NCBI GenBank assembly: GCA_001799615.1
Contig: MGTU01000011.1
Span: 23,480 to 87,479 of the forward strand
Reading direction: 5' to 3'
DNA from: Elusimicrobia bacterium GWA2_61_42
GTDB taxonomy: Bacteria; Elusimicrobiota; Elusimicrobia; Elusimicrobiales; UBA9959
Length of the DNA: 64,000 nt
Positions within the stretch are counted from its first letter, which is position 1; the number at the start of each line of letters is the position of its first letter. A model generated the notes under the pieces. It was not told the origin of the DNA, ran no database searches, and saw only the letters and a program-made list of their open reading frames with translations. Positions 35,592-44,434 of this stretch are shown here, piece by piece. Position numbers and translations under genes: made by a program.

Positions 35592-37853
35592 TCACTTCTT
35601 GAACAGGCCTTTCAGAAGTTTGGAGGCGTCGGGCGCTATTTTATCAAGGGCTTTTTTAACCGCCGGCTGCTCCGCCAGGGATTTCATGTCCGGCTTCGCC
35701 GAGGGGTTGGCGAAGGTGCCCTTTACCGTCATGGCCACGGGGGCGCTCATGCTTATGCCGCTGGCCTTCTTCAGCTCCGTGTTTATGCGCATGTCCAGTT
35801 TTTCCGCGCCCAGGTCTATAGTGCCAGAGGAGGAAACGTCGGCCACCGCGGCGGTGAGGACGGACTTGTTCAGCTTCATCAGGCCTTTGGTGAAAGTGTA
35901 GTCCCCCTCGATCCTGTCGAAGTCGATGTTGTTGAAGTCGGGCAGGCGCAGCGTTTTGGCCAGCTTGGAGGTCTTCTGCAGCACGATAAGCGGATACAGC
36001 GCCACCTTGGCCGCCTTGTAGCGGCTGGCCAGCGCGTAGAGCTCCGAGAATTTCCCGGGTCCCGCCGAAAACGAGGCGGTCCCGTCCAGCGACTTCAGGT
36101 CGTCCGAGACGTTCACGAGGTCCAGTTTCATGGACGACGGGCCGCAGCGGAAATTGGGGTGTTCGATGGCGCCTATCTCGGCCCTGCCCGACACGTCCAG
36201 GTAGAACGGTTCCCCGGGCGCTTTCCCGGCCTGCCCGCTTTTGGCCGCCCCGGCCGCCGCGGGCGCGGGCGTGTCTTTCACGGCGAGCCGGGCCAGTTTA
36301 ACGTCGAAATCCGCTTTCGGGTGCTTCAGCAGGTCCCGGGCTTTGAAAGAGACCTTGAGGTCCTCGCCGTCCAGTTTGCCTTCCAGCTTCTGGGCCGAGG
36401 CCGCGTCCTTGGAGAAATCGATGCCGCCGGTGAACCCGGAAAGCTTGTGACCCGCGAAAGCGGCGCCCGCGCCGGCGAGGGAGGCTTTGCCTTTAAAAAG
36501 GGCCAGCCCGCCGGAATAACTGTAGTCCAGGGCGGCGGCCGCGGCGCCGGAGAGGGCGTACTGGTCCAGCAGGGCCGGCGCGATGGCGGCCAGCTTGGAC
36601 AGGCTTTTGATCTCGGCCTTCACGCTGCCGGCGGCTTTAAGGTCCGGGCCGGAGAAGTTTACCGAGGTCCTTCCGTTGACCGCGAGAGCGTCGCAGTTGA
36701 GCGAGAAGGCGGTAATGTCGGCCGAGCCGTCCCTCACCAGCAGGCTGGCGGCTACTTCGGCCAGCGGGAGTTTGTAGCCGCGCGGCAGGGGGAGCTGCTT
36801 GAATTTGCGGGCCAGCACGGTGCTGTCTATCTCGGGGACCTGGGCTTTCAGGCTGGCGGCCAGGTTGTAGGAAACTTTGGGTTCCCACCCCGCCCTGCCC
36901 TTCAGGCTGCCGCTGACCGCGCCCGCGCGGAAAGAGACCGAGCGCAGGTTCACGTCTTTCATCGTCAGCTTGAAATCCGCTTCCGAATCTATCTCCGGCA
37001 GCAGCACGCGCGGCGGCAGCCCTTTGAAGACCGTCTTGAGGTCGGAGGTGGAGAACTGCTTCACGGACACCGTGAGCCTGGCGTCGGGCTCCAGCAGGTT
37101 GGACAGCGAGCCTTTGATCTCGGCCTTCACCCCGCCCAGGGACAGCGCCGCTTTGTCTATTTCAGCCCTGCCTTTCTCCGGGTCGAAGTTTCCCAGCGCC
37201 ACGCGGCCTTTCAGCCGGGCGGGGATGGAGCCGGTGAAATAGGGCGAGGCCACATCCATGGTGAAATCGCCTTCCAGCGGGAAAAGCCCCGAAGGGGAGA
37301 TGTCGGAGGCGGAAAGGTTGATGTCGCGCAGCTCCACCGTCAGGTCGCCGGCGGCGTTGGCGTAGGTGAAGCGGGAAGCCTTTATCCTGAGGCTGGACAC
37401 GGCCAGCGGCGGCGGCGCGGCCTTCTTGTCCGCCGGCCTGGCCGGCTTCTGCGGCGGTTCTTCCGTTATCAGGTCCGAAAAATTGTAAGTGTTCTTCTTG
37501 ACTTCGGTGATGCGCAGCTTCAGGCCCGAGGCGGAGATGGAGTTTATCCTGACCTCGCGCTTCAGCAGGGCCCGCAGCGAGGGCCGCACGGCGAAGGAGG
37601 CCGCGCTTAAAAATTCGCCTTTCTTGAAATTCGGGTATTCCGAAACCCGCAGGTTCTCCATCGCCAGCCCCGAGAGGTTAAGGGTGACGGAGTCGAAGGT
37701 CACTTCGCGGCCGAGGTTCTTTACCGCGTATTCGAAGGTAAGGGCCTTAAGCCGGGCGGGCGTAAAATAAAGTTTAGCCGCGGCGAGGCCGGCGGCCAGG
37801 CACAGCAGGCCGGCGAGGGCGGCCCAGGCCGAGACTTTAAGGGCTTTTTTCAT
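35592..37853 (-). CDS. AsmA family (bridge-like lipid transfer) protein
   Basis: N-terminal TM, LGREV, ALL..EV.I, YNFSDL, repeated beta-strands, G.IDL and V.GT...P near the C-terminus. Confidence 0.85.
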   Translation of the reverse strand: MKKALKVSAWAALAGLLCLAAGLAAAKLYFTPARLKALTFEYAVKNLGREVTFDSVTLNLSGLAMENLRVSEYPNFKKGEFLSAASFAVRPSLRALLKREVRINSISASGLKLRITEVKKNTYNFSDLITEEPPQKPARPADKKAAPPPLAVSSLRIKASRFTYANAAGDLTVELRDINLSASDISPSGLFPLEGDFTMDVASPYFTGSIPARLKGRVALGNFDPEKGRAEIDKAALSLGGVKAEIKGSLSNLLEPDARLTVSVKQFSTSDLKTVFKGLPPRVLLPEIDSEADFKLTMKDVNLRSVSFRAGAVSGSLKGRAGWEPKVSYNLAASLKAQVPEIDSTVLARKFKQLPLPRGYKLPLAEVAASLLVRDGSADITAFSLNCDALAVNGRTSVNFSGPDLKAAGSVKAEIKSLSKLAAIAPALLDQYALSGAAAAALDYSYSGGLALFKGKASLAGAGAAFAGHKLSGFTGGIDFSKDAASAQKLEGKLDGEDLKVSFKARDLLKHPKADFDVKLARLAVKDTPAPAAAGAAKSGQAGKAPGEPFYLDVSGRAEIGAIEHPNFRCGPSSMKLDLVNVSDDLKSLDGTASFSAGPGKFSELYALASRYKAAKVALYPLIVLQKTSKLAKTLRLPDFNNIDFDRIEGDYTFTKGLMKLNKSVLTAAVADVSSSGTIDLGAEKLDMRINTELKKASGISMSAPVAMTVKGTFANPSAKPDMKSLAEQPAVKKALDKIAPDASKLLKGLFKK

Positions 37854-37972
37854 ATCTAACATTATAATAAAGTTACCCCGGACCCGGCTGGCGAAAAAGC
37901 CGCGCGCCGGGCGGCCGGGGCCGGCGCAGGATTTCTAAACCCCGGGATAAAAATGCTAAATTTATTTACAGC

Positions 37973-38908
37973 ATGAACGCGCTTATCGTTAACCTCAATC
38001 TCGCCGTTGATAAAACGGCCCTGGTGCCCGGCTTCAAAAAAGGGCGCGTTTTCCGCCTGGGCAACACCGTCACCCTGCCGGGCGGCAAGGGGGTCAACGT
38101 GGCGCGCGCCCTGCGTTCGCTGGGGCTGGAAGTGCCGGTAGCCGGTTTCGCCAGCGGTTTCAACGGCCGCTGGATAGCCGAAGCCATGAAGAAAGAAGGC
38201 TTCAAGACCTACCTCGAGGTTCACCAGACCGGCGAGTCCCGCGTCTGCTATACCGTGGTGGACGCCCTCGGCCGCTCCACCGACCTCAACGAAGAAGGCC
38301 CGGACGTTCCCCCCGCCGCGCAGGCGGGCTTTCTTAAGCGGTTCACGGAACTGGCGGGAGAATTCCGAGTGGCGGCCGTCTGCGGCCGCAGGTCCTCCGG
38401 GCTTAAGAAAGGTTTTTATTCTTCGCTCGTGCGGCTGGCCGCCGCGCGCGGCTGCTTCACTATTTTCGACACCAGCGGCCCCGTGCTGGCCGAGGCGCTT
38501 TCCGCCGGGGCGGAAGGCATAAAGATAAACCGCGACGAGTTCGAGGAGCTTTCGGGCGCGCCTTATACGCCGGCGCGGCTGGCCGCTTTTTTCAAGGCGC
38601 ATGCTCCCAAAGGTCTCAAGACCCTGATAGTGACGGACGGCGCCGGGCATACCCACGCCGCGTCTCCGTTCGGGCTGTGGCGGGTCACCCCCCCGCGCCT
38701 GGGCGGCCTTAAAAGCCCCACCGGCGCCGGGGATTCCTTCATGGCCGGTTTTCTCTTCGGATTTTTAAAGGGCTATGATTTCGAGCGCACGCTTAAGCTG
38801 GCCACCGGGGCGGCCGCTTCCGACTGCCTTACGCTGGGCGCCGGGCTGATAGCCAGGGAACAGACTTTGGCTTACGCGCAGAAGGCCCGCGTGGTAAAGC
38901 TGGCCTGA
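37973..38908 (+). CDS. 1-phosphofructokinase-family (PfkB) hexose-phosphate kinase
   Basis: N.AVD, GGKGVNVA, NEEGP, DTSG, K.N..E and GAGDS. Confidence 0.9.
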   Translation: MNALIVNLNLAVDKTALVPGFKKGRVFRLGNTVTLPGGKGVNVARALRSLGLEVPVAGFASGFNGRWIAEAMKKEGFKTYLEVHQTGESRVCYTVVDALGRSTDLNEEGPDVPPAAQAGFLKRFTELAGEFRVAAVCGRRSSGLKKGFYSSLVRLAAARGCFTIFDTSGPVLAEALSAGAEGIKINRDEFEELSGAPYTPARLAAFFKAHAPKGLKTLIVTDGAGHTHAASPFGLWRVTPPRLGGLKSPTGAGDSFMAGFLFGFLKGYDFERTLKLATGAAASDCLTLGAGLIAREQTLAYAQKARVVKLA

Positions 38909-38949
38909 ACCCGGATTTTTGTCGCGGCATACGCGACCAGGGAGACTCT

Positions 38950-41217
38950 ATGCAGAATTTAAACGCCGTGGAAAAAATATTCGAGCGCGCCGGGGCGGAG
39001 GGCCGCGCCAGCCTTACCGAGCCGGAGGTTTACGAGGTGATGTCCCTGGCCGGGCTGGAGGCGCCCAAGTACCTGCTTTTCCCCGCGGCCGGCCTTGAGC
39101 CCGCCGCCGCGGCAGCGGCCGCGGTTTCCCGCCTGGGCGGCGACAAAGCCGTGCTCAAGCTGGTTTCTTCCAAGACCCTGCACAAGACCGAGTCCGGCGG
39201 CGTCAAAGTGGTGGAGAAGACCGCGGAGGCCCTTGAGGAGGCCCTGAAAGCCCTGCGGGCCAAATTTCCCGACGCGGAAGCTTTTATGGCGGTGGAATTC
39301 CTGCCCCATTCCGCTTTCGCCCTGGGAGAGGAACTGCTGCTGGGCGCGCGGGCCGACGAGGCCTTCGGGCCGGTCATCACGCTGGGCCCCGGCGGCACCA
39401 ACGCCGAGGCGCTTACCAAGTCCCTGCGGCCCGGGACCTCCCCTTCCGTAATACCGGTGGACCTGGCCTTCAACAGCGGCGTCTGGGACAAATTCCTGTC
39501 CGGCTGCTGGATCTGGGCTTACGTCTCCGGCTCCGTGCGCGGCGGCCGCCGCCTGGTGCAGGACGGCGAGATGTTCAAATGGCTGGAAGGCTTTTCCCTG
39601 CTGATGAAGCATTTCCGCGACGGCGGGCACTCGGACTGGGCCATAGAGGAATTCGAGGTGAACCCGCTGGCGGCGTCCAAAGGCAGGCTGACGGCTCTCG
39701 ACGGCGTGCTGCGCTTCCGGAAAGCCCGCAAAGCCAGCCCGCGGGTGAAGCCTTCCAAAAAAGGCGTGGGCGGTCTGCTGCATACGGCCAGCGCCGCGGT
39801 GGTGGGCGTCAGCGAAAAAAAGATGAACATGGCGCGCATCATCCTCAACAATATCCTGAAGGCGGGCTTTCCGAGGGAACACACCTATATCATAAAGGAA
39901 GGCGCCGCCGAGATAGACGGCGTGAAGTGCTTCGCCTCCCCCGCCGGGTTGCCCGAGAAGGTGGATATGTATGTGGTGGCCGTGCCCTCGCCCGAGGTGC
40001 CGCGCGTGCTGGCGGAGGCCGGCGAGTCCGGCAAGGTCAACGGCGTGGTGCTGATCTCCGGGGGCATGGGCGAAAAGGCCGGTTCCGAGGGGATGGCCGG
40101 CTCGGTGGTCGAGGCTATTGCCCGCGCCCGGGAGAAGAACCCGGACTTCGCGCTCTCCGGCGGCAATTCCATGGGCATAGTGCTCAACGACGCCAAGCTC
40201 AACACTTTCTTCATCCCGGAGTATAAGCTGGAACACCCGATCGGCGTCAACCCTTACAATGCCAAGACCGCTTTTGTCAGCCAGAGCGGCGCCTTCGTCA
40301 TCTCGACCATCAGCAAGATGCCCTGGCTGAAGCCGGCCTACAGCGTCACGGTGGGCAACCAGCAGGACGTGACCGTGCCGGATTACGTCGAGCGGTTGGC
40401 CGACGAGGACGACCTGAAGGTCATACTGGTTTACATGGAAGGCTTCAAGCCCGGCGACGGCCTGGCGCTGGCCAGGGTGATAGACAAGGCCCGCTCGAAG
40501 GGCAAGCAGGTAGTGCTCTACAAGGCGGGCCGCACCGCCGTAGGGCAGAAGGCCGTGATGGGCCACACCGCTTCCATAGCCGGCGATTACCTGGTGACGC
40601 GGCTGATAATGGAGGGAGCCGGGGCGCTGGTAGCCGAGACTTTCGACGATTTCAACGACCTGGCCGCCCTGGCCTGCTCCTTCGCGAATTTCGAGATCAG
40701 GCACGGCAACACCTTCCTGATGAGCAACGCCGGGTTCGAGGCCGCCGGCATGGCCGACGGCGTGGCGGGTCGCTTTACGGCGGAGATGAAGAGCCCGGAC
40801 CTTTACGCGGCCATGACGCGCACGCTGAAGGAATTCAGGCTGGATTCCATCGTGGACGCCAAGAACCCGCTGGACATCACCCCCATGGCCCCCGACGCGG
40901 CCATAGGCGGGGTAATAAAGGCCGCGCTGGCCTCCGACGAGTTTTCCGGCGCGGTGGTGTCCATGGTGCCGCTTACGGCGGCCATGAACACGCTGCCGAA
41001 GGGCGGGGCCTGGCCCGACGACCTGGAAAAGTCTTTCCTTAAGGACGCCGCCAAAGCCGCGCGCGCGGCGGGCAAGCCGCTGATCTTCTGCGTGGCCTGC
41101 GGCACGCTATACGAGCCGTACTGCGCCTACGCGCAGAAGCTGGGCCTGCCGGTATTCCGTTCGGCCGACCGCGCTGTAAAGATCTACGCCAAGTACCTGG
41201 AATATCTCCTTTCCTAA
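38950..41217 (+). CDS. ADP-forming acyl-CoA synthetase (ACD), beta-alpha fused order
   Basis: N-terminal ATP-grasp (HKTESGGV, FGPVI, EVNPL, LDG); CoA-binding domain; SQSGA, YMEG, GHTASIAG and NPLD. Confidence 0.88.
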   Translation: MQNLNAVEKIFERAGAEGRASLTEPEVYEVMSLAGLEAPKYLLFPAAGLEPAAAAAAAVSRLGGDKAVLKLVSSKTLHKTESGGVKVVEKTAEALEEALKALRAKFPDAEAFMAVEFLPHSAFALGEELLLGARADEAFGPVITLGPGGTNAEALTKSLRPGTSPSVIPVDLAFNSGVWDKFLSGCWIWAYVSGSVRGGRRLVQDGEMFKWLEGFSLLMKHFRDGGHSDWAIEEFEVNPLAASKGRLTALDGVLRFRKARKASPRVKPSKKGVGGLLHTASAAVVGVSEKKMNMARIILNNILKAGFPREHTYIIKEGAAEIDGVKCFASPAGLPEKVDMYVVAVPSPEVPRVLAEAGESGKVNGVVLISGGMGEKAGSEGMAGSVVEAIARAREKNPDFALSGGNSMGIVLNDAKLNTFFIPEYKLEHPIGVNPYNAKTAFVSQSGAFVISTISKMPWLKPAYSVTVGNQQDVTVPDYVERLADEDDLKVILVYMEGFKPGDGLALARVIDKARSKGKQVVLYKAGRTAVGQKAVMGHTASIAGDYLVTRLIMEGAGALVAETFDDFNDLAALACSFANFEIRHGNTFLMSNAGFEAAGMADGVAGRFTAEMKSPDLYAAMTRTLKEFRLDSIVDAKNPLDITPMAPDAAIGGVIKAALASDEFSGAVVSMVPLTAAMNTLPKGGAWPDDLEKSFLKDAAKAARAAGKPLIFCVACGTLYEPYCAYAQKLGLPVFRSADRAVKIYAKYLEYLLS

Positions 41218-43370
41218 ACACCGACCGCCTTAGGGGAATCCAGAACTTCGCGCACTTTCTTAACAAGGTCGTCCGCGCTCACCGGTTTCTGCAGGAAAGC
41301 CAGGTTATTCACCGTGAGGCGGATGTCGGCGAGTTCCGAGTCGATATAGCCGGACATGAATATCACTTTCATTCCCGGACAGCTCTTTGAGATCATTCCG
41401 TATAATTCGTGGCCGTTCATCCCGGGCATAACGGTGTCGCTCAGGATCAGGTCGATCTTGTCCGTGTTCTTTTTCCATATCCTGACGGCCTCCTCCGCGT
41501 CGCGGGCTTCGAGGACCGTGTACCCGTTCTCGCGAAGCGCGCGCAGGGCGAAACCGCGTACCCCGTCGTCGTCCTCCGCCAGCAATATCGTCTCCGAACC
41601 CCGCAGTCCTTTCGTTTTGGCGGGAGCCTTGCCGGTATCTATCTCCTCCGTTACATGCGGCAGGTATATCTTGAACGTCGTCCCCAGGCCGGGCTCGCTG
41701 TATACATAGATGTTCCCTCTGTTCTGTTTGACTATGCCGTAAACCGTAGCCAGCCCGAGCCCGGTGCCTTTCCCCGCCTCTTTTGTGGTGAAAAAAGGTT
41801 CGAAGAGATGCGTCAGGGTGTCGGGGCTTATTCCGCTGCCGGTATCGGTCACCAGCAGCATGACGTAGGGGCCGGGCCGCACCTCCATATGCATTTTTGA
41901 ATATTTGTCGCTGAGTTCCGTGTTTTCGGTCCTGATGGTCACCTTCCCTCCGTTGGGCATGGCGTCCCTGGCGTTCACTATCAGGTTCATCAGGATCTGT
42001 TCCAACTGTCCCGGGTCCGCCTTTATGCGGCACTCCTCTTTTGCCAGACCGATCTCCAGGGTTATATTCTCGCCGATAAGCCGTTTCAGCATCTTCTGCG
42101 TGTCGCGGATGGCCGCGTTGCAATCGAGCACCCGCGGTTGGAATACCTGATGGCGGCTGAACGTCAGAAGCTGCTTGGTAAGCGTCGCGGCCGCCTGCGC
42201 TGCTTTTCCTATCTCCACCACGTCCTCGCGCCTTTTGTCGTCCGTAGCCAGGCTCTTCAGCAGGAAGCCCGTGTAGCCGTCTATGGCGGTGAGCAGGTTA
42301 TTGAAATCATGCGCCACCCCGCCGGCCAGCCTGCCGACGGCCTCCATCTTTTGCGCCTGCCTGAACTGGAGTTCCAGCGTTCTCTTTTCTGTAATATCCA
42401 GCCAGAGGCCGAGAACGTGCCCGTCTATGATGGTGGCGCTGGCAAGTACCCAGCGGTACTCGCCTCCGGCGCCCTGCAGGCGGTATTCGGTGTTCATGGT
42501 TCCTGTCTCTGCCAGACGGGTCATATCGGCCTTCACCCGCGTTTTGTCGTCGGGGTGTATGCGGGAGAACCACAGGTCCCGCGTTTTCAGCAGCTCCCCG
42601 GGTTTGCAGCCGCATAACCTTTCCGCGCCTTCGCTCACCCATTCTATGCGCAAGCCGTCTTTTTCCGGCTTCGCGTAAAAGAACGCCACCGGCAGGGTAC
42701 GCAGCACCATATCCTCGCGCTGCCTGGCGCGGCTCAGGTCTTCCTCGGCCTTGGCGCGCGCCTGTATCTCACGGCTCAGGTCCGCGGTCCTCTCCGCCAC
42801 CTTGCTTTCGAGCGAGCCGTTGAGCTTTTCCAGGTCCAGCTTCGCTTTCTTCACTTCCCGGTTCTTGTTTACGGCCGCCTCATAAGTGGAGAGCAGGATG
42901 TCCAGTATCTGCATCCGGTCGGCGGCCAGAAAATGTTTACGGCCGGCGAAAAAGAATTCCAGCCCCGCCTGGGCGCCGCCGGCCTTGCGCAGTTCCACAT
43001 TGGTAAGATGGTGTTTTATCCACGACAGCAGGTAATCCGGGTCAAAGGGCTTGGTCACGAAATTGTCGGCCCCGCATTCCAGGCCGCGGATAATGTCCCC
43101 GGGGTCGGAGAGCACGGTCAGCAGTATGACCGGGATGTTCTTCGTGGCCGGGTCGTCCTTGACCTTCCGGCAGAACTCATAGCCGTCCATGCCGGGCATT
43201 TCGATATCGCTCAGTATAATATTGAACCGCTGCTCTTTCAGCATCTTCAGGGCCTTGGCGCCGTTCTCGGCCCGGGAAACCACGTAGTTCTCCCTTTCCA
43301 GTATCTCTCTGGCCAGTTCGGCCTGTGTATTGCTGTCTTCCACTACAAGGATGTTGGTTTCACGGTTCAT
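41214..43370 (-). CDS. Hybrid histidine kinase REC-PAS-HisKA-HATPase-REC
   Basis: VEDS..SDIEMP, IHPDD PAS, AHDFNNLL, NARDAM, PFFTTK..GKGTGLGL and C-terminal REC. Confidence 0.93.
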   Translation of the reverse strand: MNRETNILVVEDSNTQAELAREILERENYVVSRAENGAKALKMLKEQRFNIILSDIEMPGMDGYEFCRKVKDDPATKNIPVILLTVLSDPGDIIRGLECGADNFVTKPFDPDYLLSWIKHHLTNVELRKAGGAQAGLEFFFAGRKHFLAADRMQILDILLSTYEAAVNKNREVKKAKLDLEKLNGSLESKVAERTADLSREIQARAKAEEDLSRARQREDMVLRTLPVAFFYAKPEKDGLRIEWVSEGAERLCGCKPGELLKTRDLWFSRIHPDDKTRVKADMTRLAETGTMNTEYRLQGAGGEYRWVLASATIIDGHVLGLWLDITEKRTLELQFRQAQKMEAVGRLAGGVAHDFNNLLTAIDGYTGFLLKSLATDDKRREDVVEIGKAAQAAATLTKQLLTFSRHQVFQPRVLDCNAAIRDTQKMLKRLIGENITLEIGLAKEECRIKADPGQLEQILMNLIVNARDAMPNGGKVTIRTENTELSDKYSKMHMEVRPGPYVMLLVTDTGSGISPDTLTHLFEPFFTTKEAGKGTGLGLATVYGIVKQNRGNIYVYSEPGLGTTFKIYLPHVTEEIDTGKAPAKTKGLRGSETILLAEDDDGVRGFALRALRENGYTVLEARDAEEAVRIWKKNTDKIDLILSDTVMPGMNGHELYGMISKSCPGMKVIFMSGYIDSELADIRLTVNNLAFLQKPVSADDLVKKVREVLDSPKAVGV

Positions 43371-44434
43371 AAGTTATCTCCCTTGGCTCCGGCCGGCGCC
43401 AACGCGGAAATAGCGGCGGCTATCCCGGCTGGCGAAAGCACATACGCCGCGGCCCCGGCTTTGACGGCCGCGCCCGGCATGCCGTTTATAAGCGAGCTTT
43501 CCCTGTCCTGGGCTATGGTGACGGCGCCCGCGTCCCGTAACGCCTTAAGTTCCAGCGCTCCGTCCGCGCCCATCCCGGTAAGGAGTATCCCGGCGGAGTT
43601 CCTGGGGAAACTTCCGACCAGGGAGCGGAAGAGCCTTGAAACCGCGGGGCGCATGCCGTTCTCCGGCTCGCCGTCGGTAAGCCGTATCGCCGCCCCTTTA
43701 TCCACCGTGATATGGCGCCCGTCCGGCGCGACATAGACGCGGCCCGGCAGCGCGGTTTCGCCGTCGGCGGCTACGCTTACTTTGAGAGGAGTGGACTCGC
43801 CCAGCCACAGCGCGAAACTCTCTATGAACCCCGGCGACATGTGCTGCACTATCACGATCGGCGCGGAAAGCCCCGCCGGCAGCCGTGAAAGTATGGACTG
43901 AAGCACTACCGGGCCTCCCGTGGAGGCGCCTATGGCTACCAGCTGTGTAATGCCGGGTTTTAGTTCCGGTAATTTCCCCGGCGCGGAGAGGCCGGCGGCC
44001 GGGTTCCTGGCCGCTCCGGGCCAGCGCTTTACCACCTTCACCTCGGACATGGCTTTTACCGTGCGCAACAGTTCTTCCGCCTGCGCCGCGTGCCCGGGGG
44101 CCGAAAATCCGGGCGGCGCGTGTACGCAGGCCACCGCCCCGGCCTGCACGGCCTTGAAAGCCAGCATATCATCGCCCCCGAGCGAACTTCCGGATACTAT
44201 GACTATGGGTACGGGGGTGGTTTCCATTATCCTGCGCGTCGCCTCGAAGCCGTTGAGGCCGGGCATATGCACGTCCATAGCGATGACGTCCGGTTTCCTT
44301 CTGCCGGCTAGGCTCACCGCTTCTAAACCGTCGCGCGCCACTCCGGCCACGGATATTTCCGGGTCGGAACCGAGTATTCTCCGCAGGAACTCCGCCGCCG
44401 TGGGCGAGTCGTTCACTATAAGGACTTCTATCAT
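43367..44434 (-). CDS. cheB: Chemotaxis methylesterase CheB (WspF-like)
   Basis: REC domain plus GASTGG, VQHM, RPAV, LTGMG.DG and GMP. Confidence 0.95.
   Translation of the reverse strand: MIEVLIVNDSPTAAEFLRRILGSDPEISVAGVARDGLEAVSLAGRRKPDVIAMDVHMPGLNGFEATRRIMETTPVPIVIVSGSSLGGDDMLAFKAVQAGAVACVHAPPGFSAPGHAAQAEELLRTVKAMSEVKVVKRWPGAARNPAAGLSAPGKLPELKPGITQLVAIGASTGGPVVLQSILSRLPAGLSAPIVIVQHMSPGFIESFALWLGESTPLKVSVAADGETALPGRVYVAPDGRHITVDKGAAIRLTDGEPENGMRPAVSRLFRSLVGSFPRNSAGILLTGMGADGALELKALRDAGAVTIAQDRESSLINGMPGAAVKAGAAAYVLSPAGIAAAISALAPAGAKGDNL

Noticed and set aside
34836-37610. 924-aa plus-strand ORF, and similar long antisense ORFs such as 4077-5549, 15914-17407, 46564-48297 and 56182-57708
   Set aside because: Each lies opposite a gene with clear family motifs or a signal peptide and has shadow-ORF composition.
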